NCBI GenBank assembly: GCA_965285935.1 | Contig: OZ260663.1 | Span: 111,414,001-111,478,000, forward strand | DNA length: 64,000 bases | From: Ophelia neglecta | Lineage: Eukaryota | Direction: 5' to 3' | In this document: piece after piece, positions 48,756-62,700 of the stretch | Layout: the number at the start of each line of letters is the position of its first letter | Numbering within the stretch: the first letter of the stretch is position 1 | Made by a program: the position numbers and the translations under genes | The notes under the pieces: model-generated | The model's input: only the letters and a program-made list of their open reading frames with translations | What the model was told of the DNA's origin: nothing | Database searches by the model: none

Positions 48756-50054
48756 ATTGTCACTCATGTCGGCTTTTGTCCTGGTCCCAGATAAATCTTG
48801 AAATTATCCATTCTCAGGTCATTATATAATCATTCAATGCAGACATTTATCTTTTCACAGTTTAGATAAAAGATTGCCTCGCAGCGTACATGTTTATGCG
48901 TATATTTGCGTGAATTCACCCCAACCCAATAACCCCCGAGAATTTACGGCACAGACATTGGTACGAACCCCCATTTGCCTTTTTGTGTCAGTAAGTAAAA
49001 CATGTCTCTTTTGAATATGTAGAATTAGTGGAATTAAAAATGAATGTCAACCTTGCCCTTACTTCATAACAGTAACGTCGCCCTCTTCAATACATATGTG
49101 GCGCAAAATGCATCATTGTTAGCGGTAGGTGCCCATATAATTGGCTAGTTTATAGCTGTGGCCTTTTCCAGATATGATAAGTTTCCGCCCATACCTTGCG
49201 TGAAGTAGCATTTGTGGGGATCATGCGATTGGACACTTCTGGTTTTGCTCTTCCTTGTGTTCTTCTTATATGCTGATCCTTGGCTAATACTGGGGCGCAA
49301 TGGCCATTAATTGACGCACAGCCAAGCTAGAAAGGGGTTCTCCAAAAAGCCAATTCGTTGTTGTGTCAATGTAATGTACCCGTCTCATGTTCTGGGATGA
49401 TAGAATCAAACGGAACGGGAATTTCCTTATTTGCACATCCGAACATCACGTCTGGGCAATGCATTACCTGGCAAATAGACGGCGATAATACCACGCGATT
49501 TCGAGTATAATAATATGAATAAACCGATAGGTCGTTTTGGCATCGGTTACAATACAATTCAGAACATTGAACTGTTTATATATACAGACAAATTTCGAGT
49601 ATTTTCTGCCAAATCTCGTTCGAAGCTTCATATTTACCAGCTTTAGAAACCCATGCATCCAAATCTTAAATCGAAAATGATCAAGTCGTGTAAGCCTTAT
49701 TCAGAGTGACATATCCAGGGCCGGTTTTCACTGATATGTAAATTCGTGTCTGGCTGATTACATTGGCACTCTAGTCGGCGAGTCTAAAGTCAATCGCTCC
49801 ATGCTTTAACTTTGACCTACATACCTGGGATATATGGATATGCGGGGTATTCTTATGTTGAAGTACAGAAAACCTGATATGACATAAGGGTAAAATATTG
49901 AAAAAAAAAACAAAAGTTTCAGTTTGGTTGATAGTTTAACCATACCCTCAACCATGTCACGATCAAACTCTAACTTGTATACATTTTTTTAAACTGGGTA
50001 GCTGTATTCCCCTCGTATCGAGTGTTCATCAATCTGTCATTCCCGTCTCTAGTA

Positions 50055-50280
50055 AACCATTCGATCAGGTGTTCCAATATACCTACCCTGTATCATTCTG
50101 TTGCTTTTCCCGTCTTTTGTTAACCATTCTATCAGATTTTCCAGCAGGCCCATATTCCTGTATCATTCTGGTATTCTGTCATCTTGTAAAACATTGTAAT
50201 TCATCAGATTGTGCCTATCCTTCTGTATATTTCAGGTATTTACCGTTTCTCTTGAAAACAATTCTCCGTTCCTGTATTTG
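50055..50280. repeat. Degenerate ~68-bp tandem repeat (about 3 copies)
   Basis: aaccattc(g/t)atcag...cctgtatcattctg recurs with decreasing identity. Confidence 0.6.
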
Positions 50281-52424
50281 AGATTAATCTTCACCGAAGA
50301 AACCACCCATGAGACAAAATCGGGTTCTTAGACCGAAGTTATAAGGAGAAGCATAACTTACTAATAAGGTAAGATCTCAGTGTTTTCGCTCCCCTTATCC
50401 AATAGTCGAAACACATACATACCAGATTTGATAGTGCGGTGCCAATAAATCAAAGAAGGTTATGTAATGGGTAGCACTTAAAGGAATAGGTTTCGTGTAT
50501 TACACCAGCATTAATTCCATTGCATATATATACACATACAAAACATGAACAGAAAAGGACGAAGAAAATAAATACCTAAGGAAAGGAAAGCCAAAGAATT
50601 AATGAAAATATTGACAACATATTATACTCCAATTCTGTTTTACTTTGGGTTTATATTAAAAAAACCTGGGAGGCGTTTGCTCTATAGTTGAGAAAAATTA
50701 TGTCCAATAACGCTGATAAATTACACTGATGTAGTACATGGGTGACCTCATCACATGAAGGAACACCAATAGCCATTTTCTCCTTCAGACACAACTAGAA
50801 TGCATAGGAAATACGATTATGTTACTATTAACGATTGCCCGATCCATTTCCTGAATCACCCTGTCCCTTTGGCCTTTTATTTGGAGCGTCAATTTCATGT
50901 ATTTACCGAAATGGACATCACTGTATCTACATAACTGTCTGGCAATTTTACTTCTGTGCTGGGGCACTTTGGTTATCAACAAGATTATTAAGCCAGTCCC
51001 GGGCCAGGCGAATACCCAAAAGTGGCGTTATCGAACAAATCATCTTATATATTAGAAGACGTTACTCTTGTGATGTAGAGAAAATCTCTTAACGGTTACC
51101 ACGTATTTGTGGGGGTAATTGTACCATCTTAGTTCAAGTCGGCAGTGGGAACAAAATTAAATTGATTCAAACCTTAACTAGTGTTACATAGTCCTTAGAT
51201 GATTTTTTTAGTTGGATGATCAATTCCTCAACAGGAGAAATAGTTGCCTAATCATCCTTTTGCGGAGTTTTTCCAATGTATAAATTTTATTTCCAAAAAC
51301 CATTGGTTTGAGAAGTGGCAGTGTAGGAGGAACGAAGAAATACTCTTACTTAGTATGAACTCCACAGAAGCAGGTTACTATAGCTTCCTGCAAATTGTGG
51401 AACAGAATAACAACTTACAATGCATTATATGGCAACGGGAGCACTACGGCCATATACGAATATATGGGTACAGGAATATATGGGCATAGACGGTCCCGGC
51501 CCGAACTCGCACATGCCTCCCCGTATATGCCAGTATATGTATATTTTTCATATCATTGGATCATCGCGTCCAGTTTGGCCAGGCTTTTCTGTTCATACAC
51601 TGCAGCGTAGGCGTACTGTTTGGTGATACTGTGACGAACGACCATATTAAATAAACCTGGACTTTGTCCCTGTTTTTGTTGTTTTTCTGACGCCTATCCA
51701 CTGTTTATTTTAATATTGCATATACTATTTGATCGAAAAAGAAAAATTAACCCATAATTAATCTGTTTACAGGGGCCGCAGTTAACCCGTGATGCAGAAT
51801 GACGGATGAGGCACTAGGGTTTAAAATGAATTAATAGAAATGGCTGCCTCAGAGATGTCTGTCCATCTAAAGGCGAGCAAAAGTCAGCGATTGCTTTGAA
51901 GGGGCGTTGCTGCCATGAATGGCATTCTGTCCGGACTACTTGTACCTTGTCAATTCAAATGTAAGCGAATACATACCATTAACATACACGTTACTATGCA
52001 TACTTGGACATCTTTCGAAGGTCGTCTGGTGATGTGGAATTTATCCAGCTTTCTTCCTCTAGGTTCAGTACTACTGATAGGTTACATGATAAAATCCGCC
52101 ATAAACATCTTTACGAAAAGGCATAAGCCCAGAAATATTCCACGTCAAAGAAGTCAACTGTTTGGTAACATATTACCAATACCTGCGACTATTGAATGGT
52201 TTCCCAGGAAACCAGAATACAAAACTAGATGACACAAATTTAGAGGGGATAGTGAACTTTCTTGTAGGACATTCTTAACCTATACCGTAAAGGATGATCT
52301 GCTTTATGATGTAAAGACAGCATATGGCAATAGTATTGCCAACCAGCTAACCTATCAGGACCCAGCACCCTATGTTTGGATCAAAAACTTTAAAAACAGA
52401 GGGCATTCGACCGTAACACAAAGT

Positions 52425-52610
52425 GACCACAAACAGTTTCGGCTGCTGTGTTGCTTGTAAGTCACGAACAACTTAAACTGTTGTATTGTTTGTGAGTCAC
52501 CTTAAGGTTTGGCTGCTGTTCTAATTTGTGAGTCACAAGCAGGATTTGCTGCTGTGTTGATTGTGAATCACGAACACATTTGGATGTTGTTTTATTCTTA
52601 ACCACGATCG
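52425..52610. repeat. Degenerate ~35-bp tandem repeat (about 5 copies)
   Basis: gtcac...tt(g)gctgctgtgttg.ttgtga units. Confidence 0.7.
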
Positions 52611-53739
52611 TTGGCTTTCACAGAACATACAAAGGGTTCACAGCATAAACAAGAAGAGACTGCATACGGTAATCATTAATATACTTAGTTTATCTAACAC
52701 TTTTGATACCCGTTATTTCTTTTCCGCATCAAGTGATTTATAGTTCACATTGCTCTTAGTTCCATGATCCCCTCACGCGATCGACCAATGTCACTGTGCC
52801 GTTCTACTTCATCACCAGGTATTTCAAATGTCAGACGCAACTAAAACTCTTTCATTCTTGAGTCCTCGAGGCATTCGGTAAAAGCGGACTTAACTGGATT
52901 CCTTTGCAGCCGAGAAAGTATTTTAAGACAGACCGACATCCAAACAAAACCGCGCATAGAAAAATCGGACAGGGCTTAGGCCAGCCAGGATGAAGGAGAT
53001 ACACAGAGTGTATATGTAGACCCAGATAAATGGATACTCAGTCAGATATATTCAAGCTCAAATTACTCTAAGAAAGTCTATAGTTTCTGCATACAACTCT
53101 GTGTTATCATGTTTTATTTGTAAATGGCCACATTATCCAATTAAATAGAAGCCATGCCCATGGCGTTAAGATTCAGTTAGTTGATAAATTAATTTTAAAC
53201 TTTAACTCACACTCGCCGACTTGTTTTGTTGGCTGTCCACACGTTTGTTTCTGTGTGTAGAACGAAACAAACGGAAGTGACAACAGATTTGCAATATTAA
53301 AGAAGATCCGATTCAGAAACTGACATACTCATCACTTGTTAAATATCGGGGCAAGTGCATGCTGAATAAAACGACTGCCAAATTACAAATTGGGTTATTC
53401 GTTAGTGAGCCTAAAGTTTGGATAGATGAAAGAGACAGGGCGACAGGGTGTGATTTTCACGCGTATAGCAGATTTACATCATCCTTACTTGAATAGATAC
53501 ATATTATAGCGAGTTTAATTGAAACAAAAGAACAGTGCATTTAAATATTATCTAAATGAAGAATTGTAGCCGTGTCGGAATACGATGGCATTTTGAGTCT
53601 TCATAACCTTATTATCATTACAATTTACTGCAGTCGCAAAAACAGAGTAGTATCGGGATGGTAGGTCTGACAGTAGGCCCAATCAATTAATAGTTACTGT
53701 GTAATCACAATTTCATTTCAGTGTTAACGTTGTTCACCC

Positions 53740-54900
53740 TCAGTGCCCTAATTTAATATCACTATTCTGCATTCCTGACAGATACGCCAATCGTGGTGGG
53801 TGATGGGTACTGGTGTATGAGAAATCGGCCTGGTACTCGTGCATTTCGTCAGGTAAGTCTTTTCCGAGCAGAGCTAATAGAAGATCACTTCCTTCGAGTT
53901 GTAAGAGATACTGACTTAAGTTTTGCGGGAAGTGATTCGCAATGATTGACCAGAAGCAATTTCGGATTGTGTAAAAGACGTGACATTCGGTAAGCAAATG
54001 AGTAAGTAGATCATTAATGGTCAAATCGCAATGAGTGCATGCATCATCCACATGTGTCCGCGGTATACTTACCATCTGAGCCACTGCTTGCATTTGGTAT
54101 TTGGTATGGGGTAAGTCTCTAGCCATCTTCCACAGTGTACTTGGATTTATTACGTCTGGCTTGCCCGTGTGGTCTCTGGCGACCAACTCAGAATATCTTT
54201 GCAAGGATATGTCATTGCTGATTTCCAAGGCAACATAATTCTGATAAGTACTGATAACTGCGTTTTTTACGAAATTTTTCCATAAAGCCTTTGTGGAAAA
54301 TACCCAGTCTCTAAAAAGGTACTGAGGGAGTCGTATAGGTCGTATTGTTCCATAATATTTACTATGTCACCGGCGAATCCCATTGGTTCTTTATTCAGAT
54401 TACACATAAAAGGTCTGACTGTAACAACCGTTCGGATGTGAGAGGATGCTTTTAGTCTGCAGATGTTCCAAAGAATTTTAACTTTTCCAGGTGAATCTGG
54501 AGTTCAATTGGGATCCATCCTAACAGTCCTAAGGCTATCACAGATCTTGTGCGAGGATGGAGTCCCTGAATTCTCTTTACGCAATAGCTCTATACCTTTT
54601 GATCCTATTTGAACACCGACGTGTGTAATGAGATTCCTGGGTCTCCGTTTAGTCTCCAAAAGTTCTCAAGTTGTTGGCTTCTTTTACCCCCCTTCGTTTT
54701 GTGAATATTCTTATTGCGCTCTTTGTTGGGTTGAACTTAAATCTCCACGTTTTGCTAAATAATTCACATATGTCTATAAAGTTCTGTAAACCAACAGGAG
54801 AATGGCAAATAAGTGCTATGTCATCAGCTTGGCATGGTGCTCCACAAGGCACAGTGTGAATTTTTGCACAATCTTTACTGCTGTACAGTGCTCAAAGGAG
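53740..54900 (-). mobile_element. 5'-truncated degenerate LINE (RT C-half and Cys/His C-terminus; RTE-X-like, clade uncertain)
   Basis: APCQADDIAL...LQNFIDICELFSKTWRFKFNPTKS (RT YADD-equivalent and downstream motif) and CTHC...HLLTEC, with stops and frameshifts between them. Confidence 0.8.
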
Positions 54901-56655
54901 CGGGTCGTACTTTATTATCCACTTGCGGACCGCCAGGACGCTGCCTTGTCAGAAGTACCGGTACTAATCATAATGCGGTTATTCAAGCCTAAACTGACAT
55001 TTGCTTGTACTGATACGGCATATATCAACATGTGTTTCAGACTGTTACAAGCAACTAACACGCCCTATAACCGTAATCGCCAGCGGTTGAACACCCAAAT
55101 AGCCCGTTTGTTGTTTCAGGGAATTGTTAAACCAAATTAATCAATACTTTCTCTCAAAAGGAGGGCACCAAGCGCAAACCGTGATTTGTTTCAATTGCAA
55201 TAAAACTAATTCATTTGCGGTCGGAGTTGCCAAATATTGAGGCGAAAATACCTCTAAGTGGAAGGATATGTGCATGCAGTGGTTGATGATCAATGCTCTG
55301 TGAGAAACACTATTCCAGAGGTTTATTTGGCGTCGATATAATTCGTCAACTTGGACGGCAAGTGATGTACACTAGGAACCTGCCACTTTATGAACTCCTC
55401 AAGTACAACAGTGCAAAGTAATCAATCAATACCTCAAATTTCGGAAATTCGCTATTCATTAGATATTGTTCAGTCTACTTTAAGAATACTCGAATGTCCT
55501 CAGAAGTTATTCATATATTCATCCTTGGAATCATAACTTGTTTGACATTCGTGTTATTGTGCAGGATTCAAACGGTTAAGTCTTTAATCTAGGTCATTGA
55601 ATAGGTGAAAATCTTCTGAAGGATCACCTGCAAAGCGACCATTACCATACGTAGGTGAAATATGTAGATTTTTCAATGCCTTTGCCAGAGCAGTAAGTAG
55701 GCTAGCAGATGGAGATCTACTATACTGGGACCCTCTCACTCTATGAATCATTGAAAAAAGCATGACCAAGTGGAGGCCCTGCCCTTGGCTAAAGCAAAGG
55801 GGAAGTTGGTCTGTGAGAGATATATAGTCAAGCATGTATCAGATGGAGTGGTAACATTCTCATTAGTAGGCTGTTCTTGGTCAGAAATATTACCAGAGCC
55901 GTAATGTTTGTAATGGTTGATTCAGATGTCTCTTGAAACTCGTTTTGACCAGTTTTTTTTATTCATTTCAATAGAATTTGAAACTTCTAACTTCATAGAC
56001 TCGGTATAGAGCACGTCTATTTTTGGGGGTACAAAAACACCCCATTTAAACTATATATTTGTGTAAGCTATCACCCAACTGAGTCTAAATATACCTGCGA
56101 TAAGTGATATGTCGTCATAATTATTCTTTCTAACTGTCAAAGTTTTGACATTTTTATTGGTTACAAACGAGATGTTGTAAAACATTCTAACAGGGTACAC
56201 GTTTACAAAGGAATTGCAAGAAACTGTGTAACTTACAATGGTGAATAGATTCGCGTCAGAGTGTACTTATGTGTGTTTGTCTGTGTTTGCTAATAGAAGA
56301 TAATTTCGAATGCCTTTTTCATTATGAAAGAAGAAATACAAACCATTACAAATGGTTACAGTAATGACCAAATTTATATGGATCCGGCAATTTGTTCAAA
56401 AATCATACTGGGGTGCTTCCCTGCATATGTTAGTGCAGTGTATTGGCTGTACACAACTGAAATACAGATGTATCGAAATAACCAAAGTAAATTCCTAAAA
56501 CGGAAATAAAATATCCCATGCTAGGGTATACATCAGGTTTTGTATGGTCAATGTATATCGTTTTAGACTGAATACTTTGGTAAAGTAAGGAGCTCATAAG
56601 CTAACCATTGTTTAATGATCAATTTGCCAGTAATAACATTGTCTCTTTTAAACGG

Positions 56656-56760
56656 TCCCGGGTCGTTTCGAACCGGCGCCAGTTCGAGCGGGGGACACTT
56701 CGAGCGGGGATCGTTTCGAGCGGGGGACATTTCGAGCGGGGAACTTTTCAAACGGGGCGT
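56656..56760. repeat. 15-16-bp CpG-rich tandem repeat (about 6 copies)
   Basis: ttcgagcgggggaca-like units. Confidence 0.85.
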
Positions 56761-59700
56761 TTTATAGGTGGTGAGCCGATAAATCTAGATAATGAAGCTA
56801 TATTACTTACTATTGTTTACGACGATGTTTTGAACGGTTGAATCTCGTTTATTTTTGATGTTTACTAAATACAGTGACTTGCCACGTTTTTCACAGTTAT
56901 TCTCTTCGAACTTGCACAAGTTTGGCGCATCATTACGCTGTTGTTTCATTTCCAAATCCATCTGTTTCACAGGGAGCTCCCAAAGACTCGAAAAGTGGTA
57001 TGTACACTGTATCGCTTATCCAATCTGTTGCGATTGTGCTGAAGCAGATTTATTAAGTGCCGGCGATGGAACAGTAAAAAATGTTTCACAAAATAATTGC
57101 ACATCACTCATGCTTATTTCCCATTGAGCAACATAGAGATCACAAGCCAGTTACAAATGTAGAATGTCACAACCTTAGCTGTCCTTACATATTTTGACGA
57201 CAGCAGTGATAAATTATTTTCTGGTGTGATTAGTACTATCCAACCGGCGTCGGTGTTAGGTAAGTCTCAATGTCAACAGGATGGACTATATCAATGACAA
57301 AACAATAAACGACTTATCATTAAATCAGGATATTTTCCAAATAAACCTTTTTCCTCTTCATATTTGTTTCCTGGTTCCTTGCGTTTCCCTGGCTTAGATG
57401 CCTCTTCATCACCCTCATCTTGTTCAAACAAATACTTTATTTATGTATGTGTGAAGTCGTTTCGTACATGTTTTTTTATACCGTAAAAACAATGAGTCAA
57501 TTTAAGAATCAAATGACTTGCCCAAACCTCAGTTCAAAAGATGATGTCTTGATAAATTAAAGTATAATATAAGGTTACGAGTGTTTCCTCGTTACAACGT
57601 TACTAGATTTGTATAGAAATCCCAGGCTACGCAGCGTTATTTATGAGGCAAAATACATCAGGATGTCTAAGCAAACACATACATTTGGCAAAATGCAAGT
57701 GAAGGATGAGGAATCATCACCAAAATAGATAAAAATCTAATGAGTTAGCGGTCTTTCAGAAATGGTTTGCAAAAACTGATCAGAGGTGATAAAAATCCCT
57801 TAATATGTGGAAGCAGTTGGCCTTGTCTCTAAAAGACAAACCTTTGCATTTTGAAAAATAAAATGCTCCCACGTGTTCTTAATCCTTTATACCCGACTAT
57901 TTCCTGGAGTTAGTAGATTGCCTTTTTTCAATAACTTGCTGGGAAACCAGCAAATGTATCAAACTATACAATCACAGGTCAAATAGAAGATGGTAGCCTG
58001 ACATATGGTCCAAGTTTAAAGCGCTAAAAATAATGTTTATAATAGAATGGTTGACAACCACAAGCCCATAAATATATTTGGAAGATTTGGGCCAAATTTA
58101 AGGAAACAATTTTAAATATGAATGTTTTAAATAATTCCATTGCTTCTTAGCATTTTGTAGAATCTAGGCAGTGAAGCCCACTCAGCAGAGAGAGATGGAT
58201 TAGAGGATTTCCGGGTCTTGAAATACGGGATTTTGAAGTTATTTACTGCTTCCCTATAAAACCCGAACTGGAACTAAATTACACACATTCCAGTATAAGA
58301 AACTGATGCGCATTTTACCATGTCGAGAACTGCTCTCATGAAATATTGTAGAATATAACCTGTGTATACAATGACAACTACTGATAACTGCCTCACTCCT
58401 ATAATTATTGCAAAATTCCAGAATTAGTCTGGCAGGGTGTTCTGTTATAAACTGGATGCGTGCTATCAGATATACAGTTTGCCAACTGACTGAGATGGAC
58501 ATTATATTCGGAATAAGTGCTGGTGACGATATATATTTTATCAGCTTAATTAAGTAATTCTTGTGGGCTGTTTGTTTTTTTCCCAAAATTGAAAGAACAA
58601 CGCATTTTCCCTGGACTTTTTACGTGATCTTAAGGAAAAATTGTTAATTGAGATAGGAGTTTTGGGATGAAATAACAAGCTTGAAAATTTGGGGAATCAG
58701 GCGGGAGTATTTTTGAAAAAAATGTATTTCGTATCTTATCTACATATCTTATCTAGTGGGAATATCATATTGGGAATATCATATCTAATTTGTCTATGCT
58801 AGTATTATGAATATCATGTCGATGTATTTTTTTCCTATTTTACCTAAACCGCGCACTTGTATTGTGTCAAAAATATTCTTTTAACGTGGTGAGGAAGAAA
58901 ATGAGTAAAGCAACTTTCTACATGAGAAGAAGTGACATCAAAACATGTACAGGCTTCTAAGCTCCCCAAGGAATGGCTTATGGGGGCTGTTTACCACATA
59001 GGTGTTGACAGTTTGATATCCGACATTCTTCTGACTAAATCAAACACTATTATACTATTTCTTCTTGCTCTGCCCTCTGGTGGGCAGTCGCCAACTCACC
59101 TGAAGCTGCAGTGACTCCTTTAGGCAGATGGGATCTCAAATCTACTGCTTACCTGATAATCTAAAGTGCCAAACTGTCGGGTATCCACTTCCGTTTTTTT
59201 GGTTGAACATATTTTACTAATCCCTTTTGCGAATCTGATTTTGGATATTTTTGTCGCTAGGTTCTTTTTTGCCATTCCCAGAGTAATTTGAACTGAGATG
59301 TATTATCCATGGATTGGCAGGGTTTGATCCTTGAGTTAACATATTTGGCTTCGGCAACAATTGACCTACTGTAGACAACTTGTAAGGACATGCCTAACCC
59401 CCAAATCCTGCTTCTCCTCACTTTCCTCCCACTCATGCCCCTCCCCCATCCCAATGATCCCCCTGCCTGGTACCTATCCTTTCATTACTGCCACCTCCTC
59501 ATCCTGACCATACCGCCTCGCCCCCCCCCCCGCCCCTCCTTTCCCCTACGGCCCCCCTCCCTTTAATTCAGCGCGGTGCCCTGTTGACTTCACACTCGCT
59601 TGCACAGGATTTCACGCTGTGCACAGTTGCACTTAGTGACCCGGCACCTGACAATAGGTGGCGTATGTAGACCGACCTTTGATACCATTGCTGGCATTTT

Positions 59701-62700
59701 CAAAGAGTCGGTAAATTAATTCTACTTAGTCCCACTAAGAATGATTAGTATTTGTTTTTAGTCTGATATATCAATGTGTGGGAAACAAATGCCATAGGCG
59801 AGTGTAGCAACATTCAAACAGGTGGAGGAGTACGTATCAGATCGACAAGCATGTAGTAGTATATATATATATAGAGATGGGAGAAACTATTAAGCAAACG
59901 GTAAAAAACGTAAGCTACTATTCAATAGCAATGTTCTCAAGCAAATTCCGTTGCCAGAAGTATTCAGCAAGAAAAAATAGCTATAATTATTTATTTGGTT
60001 TTCCTAAATAGTCCCTGCAACGTGGAATTTTAGCTGTCATGCGTTAAGACAGTACCCAAATTGCATTTTGCTTGATTGCTTTATGATTTTAGCGATTGCC
60101 TCCAAAAAGTAGCCATTAACGGTACAAATAAGGAGCCCGCTTGGACAATTTAGGAAAAAGACTTCCTGGGGATAATAACATAAATAGGTTTTAACGGCAC
60201 TTAAGGCCTGCTAGGAGACAGTTACGACCAAACCATGACGGCAAGCACATCCATTACAGACCCGGAGTTAGAAAGAGATGGTCAATTAATGGCCGCAGAG
60301 TGCGCAACTTCACTGAGTTATTGCACTATTTAATATCCTCCAGCAAACTTGAAATAACCCCTCAGCATAAATTCTCCGTATTAGTCGTTTATTTTTCTCT
60401 TTATTCGTGGAGAAGTATAGAATATTGGATTAGTTTTAAAGTATATGGAGGGTAGTTGACTTATTACATCCGCGTAAAGTTAAAATAGATAACACGTTTT
60501 GGATTTATCTTTTGTCTACTTGATATATCATGATATTGCAGGGTAACCCATACCGCCTGCGTTGGTTATATAATCATTTAGTTCTTGCGCACACCAACTG
60601 GTCCGTAAGTATGTTTTCTTACAAGCTGGATGGGCAAGCTGTTCAAGCCTGATTTCGATAGCAAGTCTAAAAACAGACGTAGGCAATCGCTGTGATATTA
60701 TTCAGAACCTTATGCTGAACATACATTTACGCATCCATAAACGTGAGTCATATACATTGAAAGGAGAATATTACAATTTGTCGCCCGCAATGATGCGTCC
60801 AATATGTACTAGGCCCCCTTTGCCTCCATAGGATTCCCTTTGCACGTTGTTTATCGTATAATATATTCCTCTTAGTGTTAGAATGCTATTACATGCTATA
60901 AACGCTAGCTCAAACTTGACCCATGGTTTTACGTCAGCTCAAGGCATCTCAATCGTTATAGTAATGATTGATGATCATGTTGGTTCTCTCCAAATTGCCG
61001 TCATGTCATTCATCTTCCAGCTGAAGCATTTTTTGGAAGGAACACTAATTAAAAGAGTGCATAGTCTGCAAGAAACGGTCAACAAAAATAACAAGTCTGC
61101 TATTGGACCGTTTTTTTCGAAAACCAAACTGATATTTGTGAAGATTATATTGTGTAAGATATATGAACAAATATTGTCATTAGGCTTGATGTAAGTCATC
61201 TCGGCAGACAGCTAGCAAGCATGGCATTAAGCGAGTCGAAGCTCCCGTCAGCAGTCAAGGAGAATTTTTACTTTAAATGTTCACTTTCCATCGTTACTCA
61301 TGTCAATAGGCCCAAAGTTGTAAGTCGTTTCGATATCAGAATATAGTTGGAATAATATTAATGGCATTGAAGGATATTGTGAGGTAAATTTAGAAGTATA
61401 TTGTGTAATTTGACATCTTCCTGATTGAACTACTTCACGTCACGTCACCAATGTTTAACGGCCAAGTCGGCCTGTTAATTTGTGTGTGTTCACACTTATG
61501 GCCTATGGACTGATATATTCACATAGAATAAAGACAATAATCAAATTAGTCACGAGTAGTTTTTGTTTGGAGACACGTCACCTACATATTGTATAAAAAC
61601 AACTTAAAAGGAAAAAAACACGTGTTTGTCCAGAAACTACAAACAAGACTGAAGCACTTACAGTGGCCTATAATGGCCAGCCTTATATGTCTTTTAAATA
61701 AAGGAAAAGTTTTGTTAAATGCAATTCATGAAGATAAATCAATCCGTCTAGACAAAAAGTGAGGCTGAATGTATGCGTTAAATATGCCATAATGTCTGCG
61801 ATTGGAATATAATCTCGAAGACAATGACATCATGTCGTACACTGTGGCACAAACTGCATGACCAAGGATACGAATGGTCATCGCAACCGAGCAAAGCTTC
61901 AAAGAAGCCTCATATACCGTCGACAGTGCAATACTAAACGGAATCTCGTACCAACGTCTCGTTTTGTTTTTTAATTGTTTTTCTCAATTCTAAGGGAGAC
62001 ATACCGTATTCAGGTACCTTCATATCAACTTTAATAGATTCTCATGTAGATAGAAGACACTTGAATTTTAACCTCACACATAAGTGTACGTAGGCTCAAA
62101 TCATAGAAAGAAAGGCGAAGGCCACAAACAATTAAAAACGCATGCTCACATAACACATAACAAGCTGAGCCTCAAATGATACCTTTTAAAGTTGATTTGT
62201 ATTCTTTACACGGCTTTTACCTTAATAGATGTCAGTTCGGCCGTCTCTTTGCTTTACTAAGACACATAAAGAACACAGTATACTTTACGACTGCAATTAA
62301 AACCCTGTAGTTTCTGTATTTATCGAGCAATGAAATCTGTGACATTGATAGTGCATTAGAATGATTACGTTTGCAGGTTTTGTTCAATGGGTATGAGGAA
62401 TAAAAAAAAAAAAAGAACGCTTACCTTTAAAGCATTTGCTATTAATGGGGCTCAATTTGGACATATTAAAGAACATTTGTAGTCTTTCCAGGTTGACTTT
62501 ATTCATGTATACCACGGAACCATCGCAGGGCGTTATGGCAGTGCATGGAGAATATGCTATATGTTAAAATGGTGAAATAGAATGAGAGCCATGATACTTT
62601 TTTTATCCACAGACGAAACTTGAGTTTGCCGCTAGCCAGATTATGGTTTCTAAATTGATATTGGGTATGGAGTATAACACGTTTATGCCTGACACATGCT

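Noticed and set aside
59095-59170. Minus-strand splice donors (CAG|GTGAGT, CAG|GTAAGC) suggesting exons
   Set aside because: There are stops in all frames shortly upstream and no convincing acceptor.
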